This document shows, piece by piece, positions 24,545-36,316 of a DNA stretch of 64,000 bases. Made by a program: the position numbers and the translations under genes. Within the stretch, counting starts at the first letter, position 1. Each line of letters begins with the position of its first letter. The stretch is taken from positions 1-64,000 of the forward strand of contig JAHDYR010000017.1 of the NCBI GenBank assembly GCA_019828565.1. Direction: 5' to 3'. Below the pieces are notes generated by a model. The model was not told the origin of the DNA. It made no database searches and saw only the letters and a program-made list of their open reading frames with translations. Source of the DNA: Carpediemonas membranifera BICM. Its lineage: Eukaryota; Protista; Fornicata.

Positions 24545-27500
24545 ATGCGAATAGTCTCCCTTAACAGCCAAGGACACTTAACGGGCAATGAAGACTACAG
24601 CGGATCTATAGCGGTAGCGCTTCGCAAGCACACGAGCCCGGACGCCCTCCTCTTGCAGGAAACATTCAGGTACGGTAACTCCGTAGTCCCCTGTTGGGCG
24701 GACCTACAATACGCATGTGCAGGGCACGCCAAACCCATCAAGGCTCGAAAGGGCAAGATTAACCTAGGCGTAGCCACGGTGATCAGCCCACATTCACAGG
24801 CAACCTGGGATGTAGGAGTATCTGACGGCACGAACCCCCCGAGTTCAAGTTAGCATCCTCGAAACCTCAAGGGCTATCGCAGTCATCAACATATACGCCC
24901 CTCCAAGTGACCGCAGCGCAGCGGAGCTAGACCGCTTCGACCAACAGCTGGAAAACATCGTCAGAGAGTACCACGGCTTCGAGATAATCATCATGGGGGA
25001 CTGGAACCGTGACCCGCGGAGCCTGCGCCATGCCACCAGCGCCACACTACAGCGAAACAATCTAGACCTAGTTTTCCCTCGTCTCACACATACATGAGTG
25101 GGAATACCACCTCGACGCTGGATTATGCAGCTGTATCTGGGGGGATCACGAGGGCCAAAGCTAGAGTCATTGACAAAGCTGAGATGGGGCATTGGGGCTC
25201 CCCCATAGGGCAGTGGAGCTAACCTGGGACGAACCGCATTGGAAGAAACAACCGGCCAAACCCAAGCTGGAAATCCCAGGAACAACCACCTGGAATGTCC
25301 TCCCAGAGCGCAACGGGGAAAGGGCAAGGGAATGGCCGCAACCCGATGTGGAGCTCCATGTAGATACAATCGAGTACCAAATACGGGAACTCTTATCGGT
25401 GGGATTTCAAACTTCCGCTAGGAACGTCAGACCAGGGAGATCGCAAAAAAAGGATCCCGGAGAACGTATGGAAGCAACTCATCCTAGCCCGATGGAACAA
25501 AGCGGGGGCCGCGGAAATCAAGCGGACCCTGAACAACGAGCTCCAGAAGTCATGGAAAAGCTTCAAGGAGGAGTGGACGCAGCAGGTGGAAAACAGCGCA
25601 AGGGCAGGGTATAAGACCACCAAGAAGGTCATAGCAAACCAGGTCCACAGGTTCTGGAACGAGAAACAACACGCAGGGCTACCGGCGATGCTCAGAGGAA
25701 AGAGGTCGATCTTAACAAGGGAAAACGAGATAGCTAGGGAGCTGCAGAGGCAATACGCCCAAGTCAGTAGTGGCATAGCACCTAGTTGGGACCAGATCCC
25801 GGCGGCCCAAACAACTGATCAACCCCCCCACGGAGGAGGAGGTCACGGCCGCCATCAAGTCCCTGAAGAAATCATCGGCAGGAGGCCCGGATGGTATCAC
25901 GGGCGAATGTCTGAGAGACCTCCCCAGGCGGCCTACAGGGCAATCACATGCCTCTTCCAGAAAGTATACGAGTCTGGGGAACTACCCACCACGTGGAAGT
26001 ACGCCTCCATCTCCCCGATACACAAAGTAGGGAAAGATAAGCTACTGCCAGGATCCTACCGACCCATCTCACTCACCCCCCTCCTCTACCGAGCATATGG
26101 GAAGGTACTCAAATGGAGGCTCAAACCAACAGTTGAGAGGCACACCCCCAGAGAGCAGATCGGCTTCATGAAGGGAAAGACAGTCATAGACCACATCGCC
26201 CTCCTAACCCAACTGCACCAAGAAGGAGACCGGACCAGCGTGCTGCTCGACATTGCAAAGGCGTACGACACGGTTCCCAGGGACATCCTAGTCAGCAAGC
26301 TGATCAATATGGGTGTACACCCCCACCTAGTCAGAGCAGTACAAAGCACAATGGAGAGGACCTACATTGCGGTAAGGGGATCCGACCTATGGTCCGAAAC
26401 GAACCTAGGAGTCAAGCAAGGTTGCGTGGTCGCCCCCACCCTATTCATACTATTTACGGCCAACTGGATTAGCCAGGCGTCACTCAGAATACAGTACGGC
26501 GAGATACCAGACCCGAAGCTTCCCCCACCCACCACAGACCCGGGAATGGCATCATAGCAATGTTCGTAGACGATACGAGCATCTCGGCAAAGAAAGAAAA
26601 TGATGCGGAGTCCCTCACCGCCGCAATGGTGGAAGTGATAGTGGCACACAAGCTGTGTATCAGCCCAGGAAAGAACATCGTCATAAGTACCAATCCAAAT
26701 GCGGAAGTGCGAATTCAAGGGGAGGCCACCCGAGCAGCGGAGTCAGGCCGATACTTGGGACTCTGGAAAGCAAGTGGCCCTCATCCGCTCAGCGCATGCA
26801 TCGCAAAAGAAAAGAGAACAGTCGAACAAGTACATCGCCCTCGCCCGGAGAGTGGGATGGACTAAAGGCTCCACGCCCGCGGCTGTCTCCGAGTCCATCC
26901 TCCGCACCTTCCTATGGCCAAAGATCGAATTCGGAATCGAAATCTGGGGCCAAGTCCCAGGAGGCAGAAGGCTTTGGAACGACTGGCGAGGACTCATGGC
27001 GGGAACCGGACCCGGTGGAGGGGTGTCGCCCGCCTGATGATGGGATGGATGTGCTGGGAAGCGGACATGGGTGTAAGAGCGGTTAGAATCCGCGAATCGG
27101 CCCGGGACCCTGACCGCCCATCGCCCCTAGCGGACTTCGACTGGGGAAGAGCGAACCCCAAGTCCGTTATCGGAAAGCTGAACAAGTGGGCAGACAACGT
27201 ACTAGATCTGGCCCCTAGCGACCTTCACGGACCCAGACCCAGAGCAATAGCCGGGGGATGGAAGATGACAGCACGAGACATCGTCACCAAAGGTAGCCGA
27301 ACAGCCAAGGCGGCCGCCGAAGTGCTAGCTGCGGAGGCAATGCAAACAATGGCAGGCGGGAGAGCACCCAAGAAACCAAAGATTATCAGAGGGGAGATGA
27401 TGCTCAGGGAGGGAGCTGAAGAGGGTAGTTGCAACAGCCTCCAACACGCTCCCCTCCGCTAGCAACAGCCACACAACTCGAGGAGCCGCGCTCATCATAA

Positions 27501-27916
27501 GCAGGAGGTACCCTGGGCAGGAAATGCTCTGCGACCGTATCCAAAGAATATGCCCGATATGCACACTCGCAGCCGAACGCGAATTGATCAACTACCTCCA
27601 ACTATACCCCCCCCAGGCGCAGGCGCTAGTGGCAGTAGCCGGGTGGCTGGAAGACCAACCGCTAGGAACACAAAGCCACATCATAGCGGAGTGCCAGGGC
27701 GTCGGCCGCCCAAGTGGGTGGGAGCAGTGCTGGGAAGCTGCGGCAACACACACCATGGCAAGTAGGCTGCGGCACGGCCCAGATGGGGAGTGGTATAACT
27801 CCAGGGCCATATTGGAGCTCCACTGGCTACTGCAACAGGAGGATGAAACAGTGAAGGAGGGTCTATTATGCGGGAAAAAGGCCCTCATGAACCTCAGAAC
27901 AGGCCCAGACCCCTAG
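24545..27916 (+). pseudogene. LINE ORF2: AP endonuclease, reverse transcriptase, CCHC knuckle (multiple frameshifts)
   Basis: MRIVSLN, LLQET, NIYAP, MGDWN, TLDY (APE); YRPISL, QIGF, LDIAKAYDTV, GVKQGCVVAP, MFVDD, RYLG (RT); CPIC...HIIAEC. Confidence 0.93.
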
Positions 27917-29082
27917 GAGGAAAGCCCTGGGTGAAGACAAGGCACAGGGCGGAACATTCCTGGAACCGGCGGGAGGTGTTTTCCCCCCACATGTTCCGGT
28001 AGCGCCCGGCCGCACACCCAACCCAACCCACGCAGCAAGGGAGCACTGATCTCTGATGCCTGCATCACACTTGAAACAACTCCCCCACCACCAAGAGGGG
28101 ACAGGCCCAACCCACAGGGCGGCCTGGAAAGGTGGCCCGAGCACCGACCCCAAGCGCAGCGGGCCTGGAACCAATGAGGACAACACCACATGTTCCGGTA
28201 GCGCCAGGCGGAGGGAAGGCTGCAAAGGACCACTAAGGGACAACCGCATACAACAAGCACGAAATAGGGAAGGCCTGGCAAAACAGCTGGGCCAGTAGGG
28301 CGCAAGCGTCCGGACAAGCAGTCCGGCGCATCCCTCCGGCGCGCAAGGGGTACCCCCTCCCCACACAGTGGGGGCGCACCAGGAGGATGATGCATGGCAG
28401 ACTGGCGGAGGTACTGGATGACGCAAGAAGCTACCCACTCCGTCGGTAACCTGCCGGGAAGGCAGGGCCATCCTGATGTGGCCCGGCGCCTAGCCAGGAA
28501 CACTGGAAGACGTGGCAACCGCCCCTGGGAGCTCCCCCCCGATAATGGGAACCTGGAGTGAAATCGGACAGCGCTAGATGAGCCCGAACGCAGCCGGCAA
28601 GTCCGTGGAAGTCTACCTACGCGGCGTCGGTGGGTTCCTAACCCGGCCCAGCTGGTACGGCGAACTCTAGACCCGACCCCGCCCTGGCGGGTGCCTGAAA
28701 CATGGCGAGCGGGTCGAGGAAACCCCAGGACCTCCCTAGGGGACCCGGGGGAGAGGGGAAACGTACGGAAGGTCCCCTGACAGCAGCGTGCAGGGCAAGG
28801 CTTTGTAGGTGCCAGGCAGACCTGGGACCCAAAGGGCCCCTAAGAGTAAGACCTGGGTTAGCCTAACTTTGGGGGTATTAATGTGGCCATGTATAGGATC
28901 CCTCTAGCGTACCAGCTAGGCCTTGACGGCCGTTGTTCACGCCCTCTTAGGAAGTGTTAGGTGTGCTCTGTAGAGGTACCAACACGCTTAGGCGTTCCTC
29001 GAAGGGGTGACACAAACTGTGACATTCAGCTTACACAGCAGGACGAGTAGCAGGACACATTAAATTCTTTCTTCTTCTTCTT

Positions 29083-29193
29083 CGTCACGGTGAATCTCCT
29101 TGGCAGGGCAGGTCAGGATCCTGTCGATCGCGGTTTGTACGTCGAAGACCAGCTCAGGCTCATGCTCGTTGTCACTGATCGACACGACTGACA
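29083..29193 (-). pseudogene. OTU-2 5' part, including the right TSD 29083-29099
   Basis: MSVVSISDNEHEPELVFDVQTAIDRILTCPAKEIHRD continues in frame across the TSD into the left part. Confidence 0.65.
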
Positions 29194-29359
29194 TATTGTC
29201 GTCATCTTCCGGCCCACGCACCACCGTGTCAGGCTCCTCCTCGTCTGCCTACTTACCCTTCTTCTTCTCTGTCTCCACCTCCTTGTCCTCCTTCTTCTCC
29301 GTCTCAGCCTTCTCCTAAACGTACACAGTCGAATGCACTACAAAGGCATATCCAAATCT

Positions 29360-31114
29360 TTATTCAATCTCAACGACCTCGCGCTTCTTCTGGTACAGCG
29401 TGGCGTGAGCCGGATCGCCTTCGATGACAATAGCGAAATTATCTGTCAACCCCCACAAGTCTGCATCGGGTGCAAGCATGGTGGTGCCATCAAACAGGTA
29501 TAAGATGGCGGAGATGCCTTGCATGCCGTTGTATCCGTCGTATGACTGGACAACAAGGATGTTCCGCTTCTGCTTCCTTGCCCAGACTCGGATGGCGTTC
29601 GAGTTATAGTAGCCGGAGTCCGGATCTGTCAGGCTACGCTCCGTGACATTCTTCTTAGACCAGTACTTGGCCTTCACTGACTGGCAGAGGCCACGCTGCC
29701 ACTTTTTCGAAGTCGCCATCAACTCGGCCACCCAACTCAATGGCTTGGAGACAATATGCAACGCAGTTGCCGTCACTCTTGACATGAATCGCGGTACAGC
29801 CAGCCGTGAGAGCCTCCGCGTTGATGCACGTCTGCACCGCGGCCTCAGAGGTGATGCGAGTCTGAGTCTCCGGCTCAGTCTGGATGCAGGCGTCGCATTT
29901 GGTCACGTCCTCCTCATGTGACTCACCCTTCCTCTCCTCTGTCACCACCTCCTCGTGTGCCTCGCGCTTCTTCTCCTCTGTCACCATCTCCTCCTCGTCT
30001 GACTCCTCTGAGTTGCTATCGACATCAGCGATCTTCTGAGGGATTGTCATGAGGGCCTTGCGCTTCATGTGGATTGTGTCGCTCTTCCCCGTACGGCGGG
30101 GGGGTACTCGTTCGTGCTTGGTGTGTGCCCGACTGGGGTAGGTCGCGGCGAAACGGCGCGGGTGTCGGGCTGGCACCCATGGAGATGTCAGCTGCGTACC
30201 CCACGTCTTGCAGCAGCCTCGTGACGGTCTCCTCCAGCTCGAGTACTCTCTTCTGCGCCTTGTGATGGAGCACTCGTGCCTCCATCGGAAGAGATGGGAG
30301 GTCTTTGTGAATCCAGTCCTTCATTTCGAGCAGCTTGGATACGCGAAGGTATCTGTCGAACTGGACGTCGACGTGGTTGTCCCCAGCAACCGAAGCTGAC
30401 TCTCAAGAGGCGCGAATGCGAAGCTCGCCGTGCACCTCCTTCTGGACTCTATGCCACAGGACGTAGTTGCGAGCGTTATTGTCCTCCCACTCCTTGAGCT
30501 TCTGGGCGATCTTTCTCTCGCGCCGGCGCTTGATCGCGCGTTCTCTAATCTCATCGTCGGACTCGTTGTCAAAGTCCACCTCACTCTCACTGTCGCACAA
30601 CTCAGAATCGTCGACGCCGCTCTCTTCACCACTGTCCACGCCACTCTCATCGTCGACGGGTTCTTTCTTAGCGCTCTCGGCCTTGCCCTTGCCCTTGTCC
30701 TTCTCCTCGGCGTCAATGGCCTCAATAATGGCCTTACGCGCCTTGCGCTTCTCCTGGCTATACACGATATCAGCCTGGTTGTCGTCAACCCACTTCGCCA
30801 GCGCGCCAAGCTTCTTGGAACTTCTTGGTCCGGCGAGTGCCATAAACTGCTTCTTCAACTTATCATGGAGCTCCTCCTTCTCGTCCTTCGTGAGGCGGAA
30901 TTTCGTGGTGATATGGTTCAGGTTGATTCCTATATAAGCATTGCTATGACTACAAACGCTTCCTGATGACTAGATCGAGCAGTTTCCGTTCATCCAGCAA
31001 AACCGCGCGAAGGACAGCACATTTGGCATGATTGGTGGTTGCCTTGGTGTATGCAGCCAATATCGCATCGTACTGTTCCTTGCTAGCGCTCTCAATCCAC
31101 TTTAGCAAGTCCAT
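29360..31114 (-). CDS. OTU-like protease protein (OTU-1a) with acidic/coiled-coil N-terminus; one intron, several frameshifts
   Basis: IHVKSDGNCVAYCLQAI ... GDPAHATLY; C-terminal module near-identical to the 47503 gene. Confidence 0.65.
30930..30957 (-). other. 28-nt spliceosomal intron
   Basis: GTTTGT...TTATATAG; removal joins LVIRKR|INLNHI in frame; same position and phase as 48906-48934. Confidence 0.8.
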
Positions 31115-32018
31115 GTTCGGCACTATCAGCAAGAGAGCATAAAAAATGGACATAGAGTGCCAAAAGTAATAAACTGAAACCATCCACATGGCAACTATGT
31201 ACCTAGGCGGCCTCATTACCTCCAATACCTTCCGTATCTGCTTTTTTTGTCCGTCCCTACTTCGTCCCACGAACCAGAAAAAAAGCGCAAAGAGAGGGCC
31301 CTTTGAATAATTCTATAACGGCAGCAGAGCATAAAACACGGTTCGAAAGGGCTGATTTTATGCTCTCTTGCCGTTAGTTCAAGCCGAGGCACGCTTCGGG
31401 CGAGCTCCGGCCAAGGGGTCCAGGAGTCAGCTTTTGGGGGAAGGTCTGTGGTGCTCTAACGTACCTCGGGACGCACTGTGGAGGCCCCTAGAGTGCTCGG
31501 TCATGGCATGTCAGACCAAGGGTCCCTCAAATCTGGCCCCATTCAGGATGCTCCCCCTAAATGTTCCGTTGCAAGCGTCTGACGGAGGTTCTCTGGATAC
31601 CGACCAAGATGGAGGTCACGTGGATCAACGGACGATAATTACGGTATTCTGGCCATGCCTGGTACTCTCAAATCATCTATACTGCTCTGTGGTTTATTTA
31701 TAGTTCATATTGTATGGTCCTGATGGACTTATGGTACTTGATGTTGTTTAGGGATTATTGTTGCTTTAATGATGCTCTGCGCTCGCTTACTGATGATTCT
31801 TAATGTTGTGCACATGCCTACTACGTTAAAGCCGCCAGTATTCTTTCTATTCTTAAGTTCGCCATTTCAATCTCGTTGCGAGCATAAAGTGCGCGAATGC
31901 GCGGGTCAGTTCCCCCGTTTTCAGCGAAGCTGATGCGACAACACAGAGGCAAGCGAATCCTTACACCCCAGGCGTCGCCAGGAAGCCGTTGTCTGCCATG
32001 AACACTAAGCAGTGGTGA

Positions 32019-32348
32019 GATAAACGGAATTCAGACTTTCTGCCTGCACGACCTCAAATTTTGACTCCCCTCGGCACCGAAAAGGCACCTATATCCATGA
32101 ATACCCTCTACAGTGATGTATCCACCCGATAAATGGATTTCAAATTTGTCGGGTCTCATGATAAATGGATTTCAGACTTTCGTACTGTTGGCCATCTGAG
32201 AATTTATGAACGACCTCTAGAATATTTTGAAATGCAAGAACGTGCCTATGGCACTCTTTTGTACCCCTGAACACGGTTTGACCACTGTTTTGGGCATTTG
32301 GAGAGATTCGAATTTTTGTGCAAGACGAAAGTCTGAAATCCGTATATC
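32019..32348. promoter_or_regulatory. Four copies of a GATAAAYGGAWTTCAGACTTT-like motif upstream of the recombinase-like gene
   Basis: Direct copies at 32019, 32128 and 32160; inverted copy at 32328-32348 abutting the ATG; repeated upstream of 50217. Confidence 0.55.
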
Positions 32349-32349
32349 G

Positions 32350-33579
32350 ATGGAAGGAAGCCCGCAGGAGATGGAAACAACCATGGAAGCTGTGAAGAAT
32401 GCTTGGTTGTGCACCATCAGCAAGAAATCTTCCCGGAAAGCGGCTGCAAACAACCTTTCGCGGTTCGTTCAATTCTTACAACGTGAGCGAGGGAGTACCG
32501 AGGACGAAGCGCTCTCCGTGATCCGGTCCGAGGATGTTAGATCGCTTGTGCCCGGTTTTGCTGCATCATTGAACAAGGCAACCGCTGCTGTCACTCTCAG
32601 TGCCGTCAACTCATTCCGAAACTCCGGCAGAGACAATGTCAAGCCGCTTGGGCAGTTTGAGCCTGTCGCATCGGAAGCTATTGTCCGACTAGTCTTCCCC
32701 TACAATGCGCTGGCTCTTATCATCAGCCACACGGGCATGACAGCTATTTCCGCCCGCGATATTGACATCAGTGAGCGAGCTCTTCAGCTTCCCGAAGAGC
32801 TCGCTGCCTGGATAGTATTCTCCAAGGCCTCATCCGCACTGTCTCATGTAGCGCCGAGCACCTTCTCGGAGGCTCTCAAGCAGGTCGGGCTCAGTGTCAA
32901 CCAGCTTCGCTATGCGCCCCCGGTGCATGTCGATGTCAACCAGCTTAAGACGCGGGAGATTGAGAGAGAGAGACGGACTGGCAGGCCCAGAGACTTGACC
33001 AAGGTTCGGAAGGTCATTATGGACAAGCGCATCAGCCTCACCGATGATCAGTTCCGCCACCAGCTGGCAAACAGCCACCTGACGACCCTGCAGCGCCCGA
33101 CGATCTTTGATCTCAACCCGGAGATCACAAGCTCTGCCGACCTGGTGCCGCCGATGCTCGATGACTGGCTTTACAACAGGCTCAAGGCCAGAATGATCGA
33201 GCTTCACGATACTAAGAAGAAAGAGAGGCAGAGCGAGGCTGACAAGGAGGCGGAGTTCGGCTCGCTGACTCGCGAGACAGAGATGCCAGAGGGCGAGAGA
33301 GAGGGCGATACTGACGAGGAGGCGGTGTCCGACGAGCCAGCTTACCAGGCAGAGTGGATGCACTACGAGGTGCCAGCTCGCGAGGAGAGCGAGGAGGGCG
33401 CCTTTGGTGAGGAGGTGGACTTATGCAAGAGTGCCGATGAGGAACCAAAGATCGACCACGACGAGCATGGCGGGGAGGTGGCGGGCAGAGATGGTGATGG
33501 GGAGATTCAAGAGAACGTGACTGATGAGGAGCGCTCAGAGAGCGATACTGCCGACAGTATCGTCTTTTCCTTCATCTGA
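32350..33579 (+). CDS. Tyrosine-recombinase-like protein, apparently degenerate, with acidic tail
   Basis: NLSRFVQFL...EDVR...KATAAVTLSAVNSF resembles the core-binding domain; HTGMT and SVNQLRY sit where TGxR and HxLR are expected. Confidence 0.4.
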   Translation: MEGSPQEMETTMEAVKNAWLCTISKKSSRKAAANNLSRFVQFLQRERGSTEDEALSVIRSEDVRSLVPGFAASLNKATAAVTLSAVNSFRNSGRDNVKPLGQFEPVASEAIVRLVFPYNALALIISHTGMTAISARDIDISERALQLPEELAAWIVFSKASSALSHVAPSTFSEALKQVGLSVNQLRYAPPVHVDVNQLKTREIERERRTGRPRDLTKVRKVIMDKRISLTDDQFRHQLANSHLTTLQRPTIFDLNPEITSSADLVPPMLDDWLYNRLKARMIELHDTKKKERQSEADKEAEFGSLTRETEMPEGEREGDTDEEAVSDEPAYQAEWMHYEVPAREESEEGAFGEEVDLCKSADEEPKIDHDEHGGEVAGRDGDGEIQENVTDEERSESDTADSIVFSFI

Positions 33580-33755
33580 CATTGTGATTGTGATTGTAAA
33601 GAGGAAGAGTTTATGATTGGAGCATAGCTGATGTCCATAAACACCATTCATAAGCCAGTCCTGGCTTGTTTTCCACTGCTACTTCTCTCGTTGCGACGCA
33701 CAGCTAGCTGTCGCGAAATGCACTTTAAGACCGAATTTCACACAGCTACCTGTGC

Positions 33756-35066
33756 ATGGTGTTTGAGCTAGATAGCGACAAGCTGGAGCGACTTACTTCC
33801 TTACCTGGTAATAGTAGACAATATCTGCACGACTTTGAACCTGAAAAGCTGCAGGTCGTGATCAAAGTTGATGAGCATTATGGTATGGAGGTTCCCACCC
33901 TGCTAGCGCTCAAGGACAGTCGGCATGTCCTCCCTGTCGTCGATACAGGTTTTGTCGACCGTGATCCAGCCTTCATGGCTCCTTTGGTCAACTGTACCCC
34001 CTTCGCTGGCATCTGCAAGGCTCACTCCAGCGTGCAGTTCCGCTATGTTTCGCATCTGCTGCAGGCAGTATGCTACATGCATGACCACGGGGTTGTCCAT
34101 TGCGATATTAAGTCAGACAACTTCCTCTTCAGCAAGAGTCAGAAGGGATACCTCATTGATTTTGGGTCTGCAATGAGGAAGCCGGCTAATGGCGACGACA
34201 GGTGGGCCATACAACTGAGATTCGCATCCGAGTATCGCGGCACCCATGGATATTTGCCCCCAGAGCTTTTCTACGAGTACCTTGTCTCGCGCTCAGTGAT
34301 TCCTGCTGCACGCGACACCTCCAAGCTCGCGCGCATGACGGCAGGGGCTCTTTCCGTCACTTCTTATGTCGTGACACCTGCATCGGACATTTACTCTTGC
34401 GGTATTGTCATTATGATGCTCGTTAACGGTCTCTCTCTCTCTAAGTCCCCCTTTGCCGCGAAGGTGACTGACATGGGTGCAAACATGGCGCAGATCGACA
34501 ACAAGAAGAAGAAGAAGATGCTGAAGCTTGGTAGCTTGCTGAACTGGTGCCAATTCTATGGTGGGCAGTTGCAGTTGTCACCTCAGGCACAGACACATTT
34601 CAAAGATTGCCTCGAGTGTGTCAACGTGAACTCTGAGCTCCCGATTCGCGGCACCACGCCACCTACTTGTCTCAGCCTGTACGACCTGGCAATGCAGATG
34701 CTCCACTTCGACCCTGCGAAGCGTCCCACTGCTGCCGAATGTCTTGAAAAGCTCAAGGTCATCATGCGCGTGCATGAATGCGTCGCCAAGCCGAGTCCGC
34801 TTCTGTTAGATGATACAGAAGAGGTCACCCTGTCTGCAGCTCAGCGAAAGAGACTGACCGACTGCTGTCAGCGAGGGTTTGAGGGTCAAGTCTTCTATCG
34901 GCGCTGCATAGTGTGTGGTAGAGACCTTCATGGACGCGAGAACGTCAGCTGTGACACATGCCACAAGGGATACAGGCAGGTGAGCACCAATAAGTGCGCA
35001 AAAGGTGTGCGCGGAAGACTGCACAGGCAGTTTATTGCAATGATTGAGCGGACGAAAAGAGATTGA
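33756..35066 (+). CDS. Ser/Thr protein kinase with a C-terminal Zn finger
   Basis: VVIK, HCDIKSDN, DFG, GTHGYLPPE, DIYSCG, DPAKRPTA; CIVC..CDTC. Confidence 0.92.
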   Translation: MVFELDSDKLERLTSLPGNSRQYLHDFEPEKLQVVIKVDEHYGMEVPTLLALKDSRHVLPVVDTGFVDRDPAFMAPLVNCTPFAGICKAHSSVQFRYVSHLLQAVCYMHDHGVVHCDIKSDNFLFSKSQKGYLIDFGSAMRKPANGDDRWAIQLRFASEYRGTHGYLPPELFYEYLVSRSVIPAARDTSKLARMTAGALSVTSYVVTPASDIYSCGIVIMMLVNGLSLSKSPFAAKVTDMGANMAQIDNKKKKKMLKLGSLLNWCQFYGGQLQLSPQAQTHFKDCLECVNVNSELPIRGTTPPTCLSLYDLAMQMLHFDPAKRPTAAECLEKLKVIMRVHECVAKPSPLLLDDTEEVTLSAAQRKRLTDCCQRGFEGQVFYRRCIVCGRDLHGRENVSCDTCHKGYRQVSTNKCAKGVRGRLHRQFIAMIERTKRD

Positions 35067-35659
35067 TACTTTCTGTGATGCAGGAATGAGATCAATGCTG
35101 CTGACAGGTCTCGAGATGGCAGAGGTGCTGGAGAAGAGAGCAGAAACAGAATCAGAAGTAAATGTCCTAAGGAGATGTAACAGAAGTAGCAAGCAATGTT
35201 TAATAACGTATGAACAGTCCTTTTGATGTTGTTTAGTGATTTTGTGCATTAACGACCGAGAACAGTGGAGTGCAACGCAGATGTTGGTTATTGATGGTAG
35301 ATGGCGCGCTTTTGACGACAGCTGGTTGCTTTTGCAGTATAAAGAACCGCATAGCTGCCACTAGTTCCTTCCAATAATGCTTTCCCGCCATTTTGAGGTT
35401 GGAATGAAATTCCAAGCACCGTGCACTTTATGTAATTGCCCAATATCAACGCCACCCCCGCCCCCAGCGCCTCCACGCCCCACGCCAACGCCACCTCCGC
35501 CCCCTGGCGCTCAGTTCAGGAGATGTCCGGTCGATAAGCCATAAACTGCACGGATCCACAAACGTGGATTGGCCTGAACGACAGCGCTGAGGCCCAAACA
35601 GGTGGTGAGACATTAAAAAGACTCATTTGCAATCCATTTAACCACATCACTCTCTCTGA

Positions 35660-36262
35660 TCATTCATATTTGAAGGTTAGGGCATTAACAACCATGTGAT
35701 CCTTCGCGCTGGAGTTAAGACGATAAATGATGTAGTAGGTAAACTCTTCTTCATCGATCTTCTCGTCAACAAGCGCCTTATACCAAACCATGAACTCATT
35801 GGGAACGGTGACCATCACGAAGACAATCTTGCGTTCAATATCAGAGACACGGAAGGGGAAGTGCTGAGTCGCAAAGTCAGCTAGCGTCCTGCCGCTACAG
35901 GAAAGGGCGATCTTGCCCCAATGCAGGAACTCCAAGTGACGCTGCATGACGCTTGATGCTCGCTCAATGCTCGATACATGCTCGACACCACGAGAGGAAG
36001 ATGATATTGTTCTCGTGATGCTGTCCGTACCCGAGCACCGCACAACTCCGTCTCCATAGCTCTCCTGCAGAGCAGCCGTTTTCTCGTTGTAAATCGTCGC
36101 CGCGTTCTCTGTAGTTAGCCAGAACATCACAAATCGTTCCACACAGGAATCCTCGATCATGTTGATGCATTGACTTGCGGTCTCTATCTTACCACGCTTT
36201 ATAGTGGTGTATAGAGCCGCAAGATGCTCAAATGCGATCCACTGTTGGCTGTCTGTCGTCAT
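35660..36262 (-). CDS. SET-partner protein (200 aa)
   Basis: Homolog of 18898-19461; same protein as the intact array copies. Confidence 0.75.
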   Translation of the reverse strand: MTTDSQQWIAFEHLAALYTTIKRGKIETASQCINMIEDSCVERFVMFWLTTENAATIYNEKTAALQESYGDGVVRCSGTDSITRTISSSSRGVEHVSSIERASSVMQRHLEFLHWGKIALSCSGRTLADFATQHFPFRVSDIERKIVFVMVTVPNEFMVWYKALVDEKIDEEEFTYYIIYRLNSSAKDHMVVNALTFKYE

Positions 36263-36316
36263 CGTTCAAATCCGATGTGCAGGTTATGGAACAGAGAGCG
36301 AGTTTCGCAATTGTGA

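Larger units (their letters stand above)
6722..29082 (+). mobile_element. Non-LTR retrotransposon, ~11.3 kb net, interrupted by element B
   Basis: 17-bp TSD; APE-RT-CCHC ORF2; ATTAAA followed by a (TTC)n 3' tail; GC-rich composition on both sides of element B. Confidence 0.9.

Noticed and set aside
24840-29710. Programmed frameshifting in the LINE and cargo genes
   Set aside because: Breaks are numerous and several are homopolymer length differences between copies (e.g. 29703 vs 47846); decay or sequencing error is more likely
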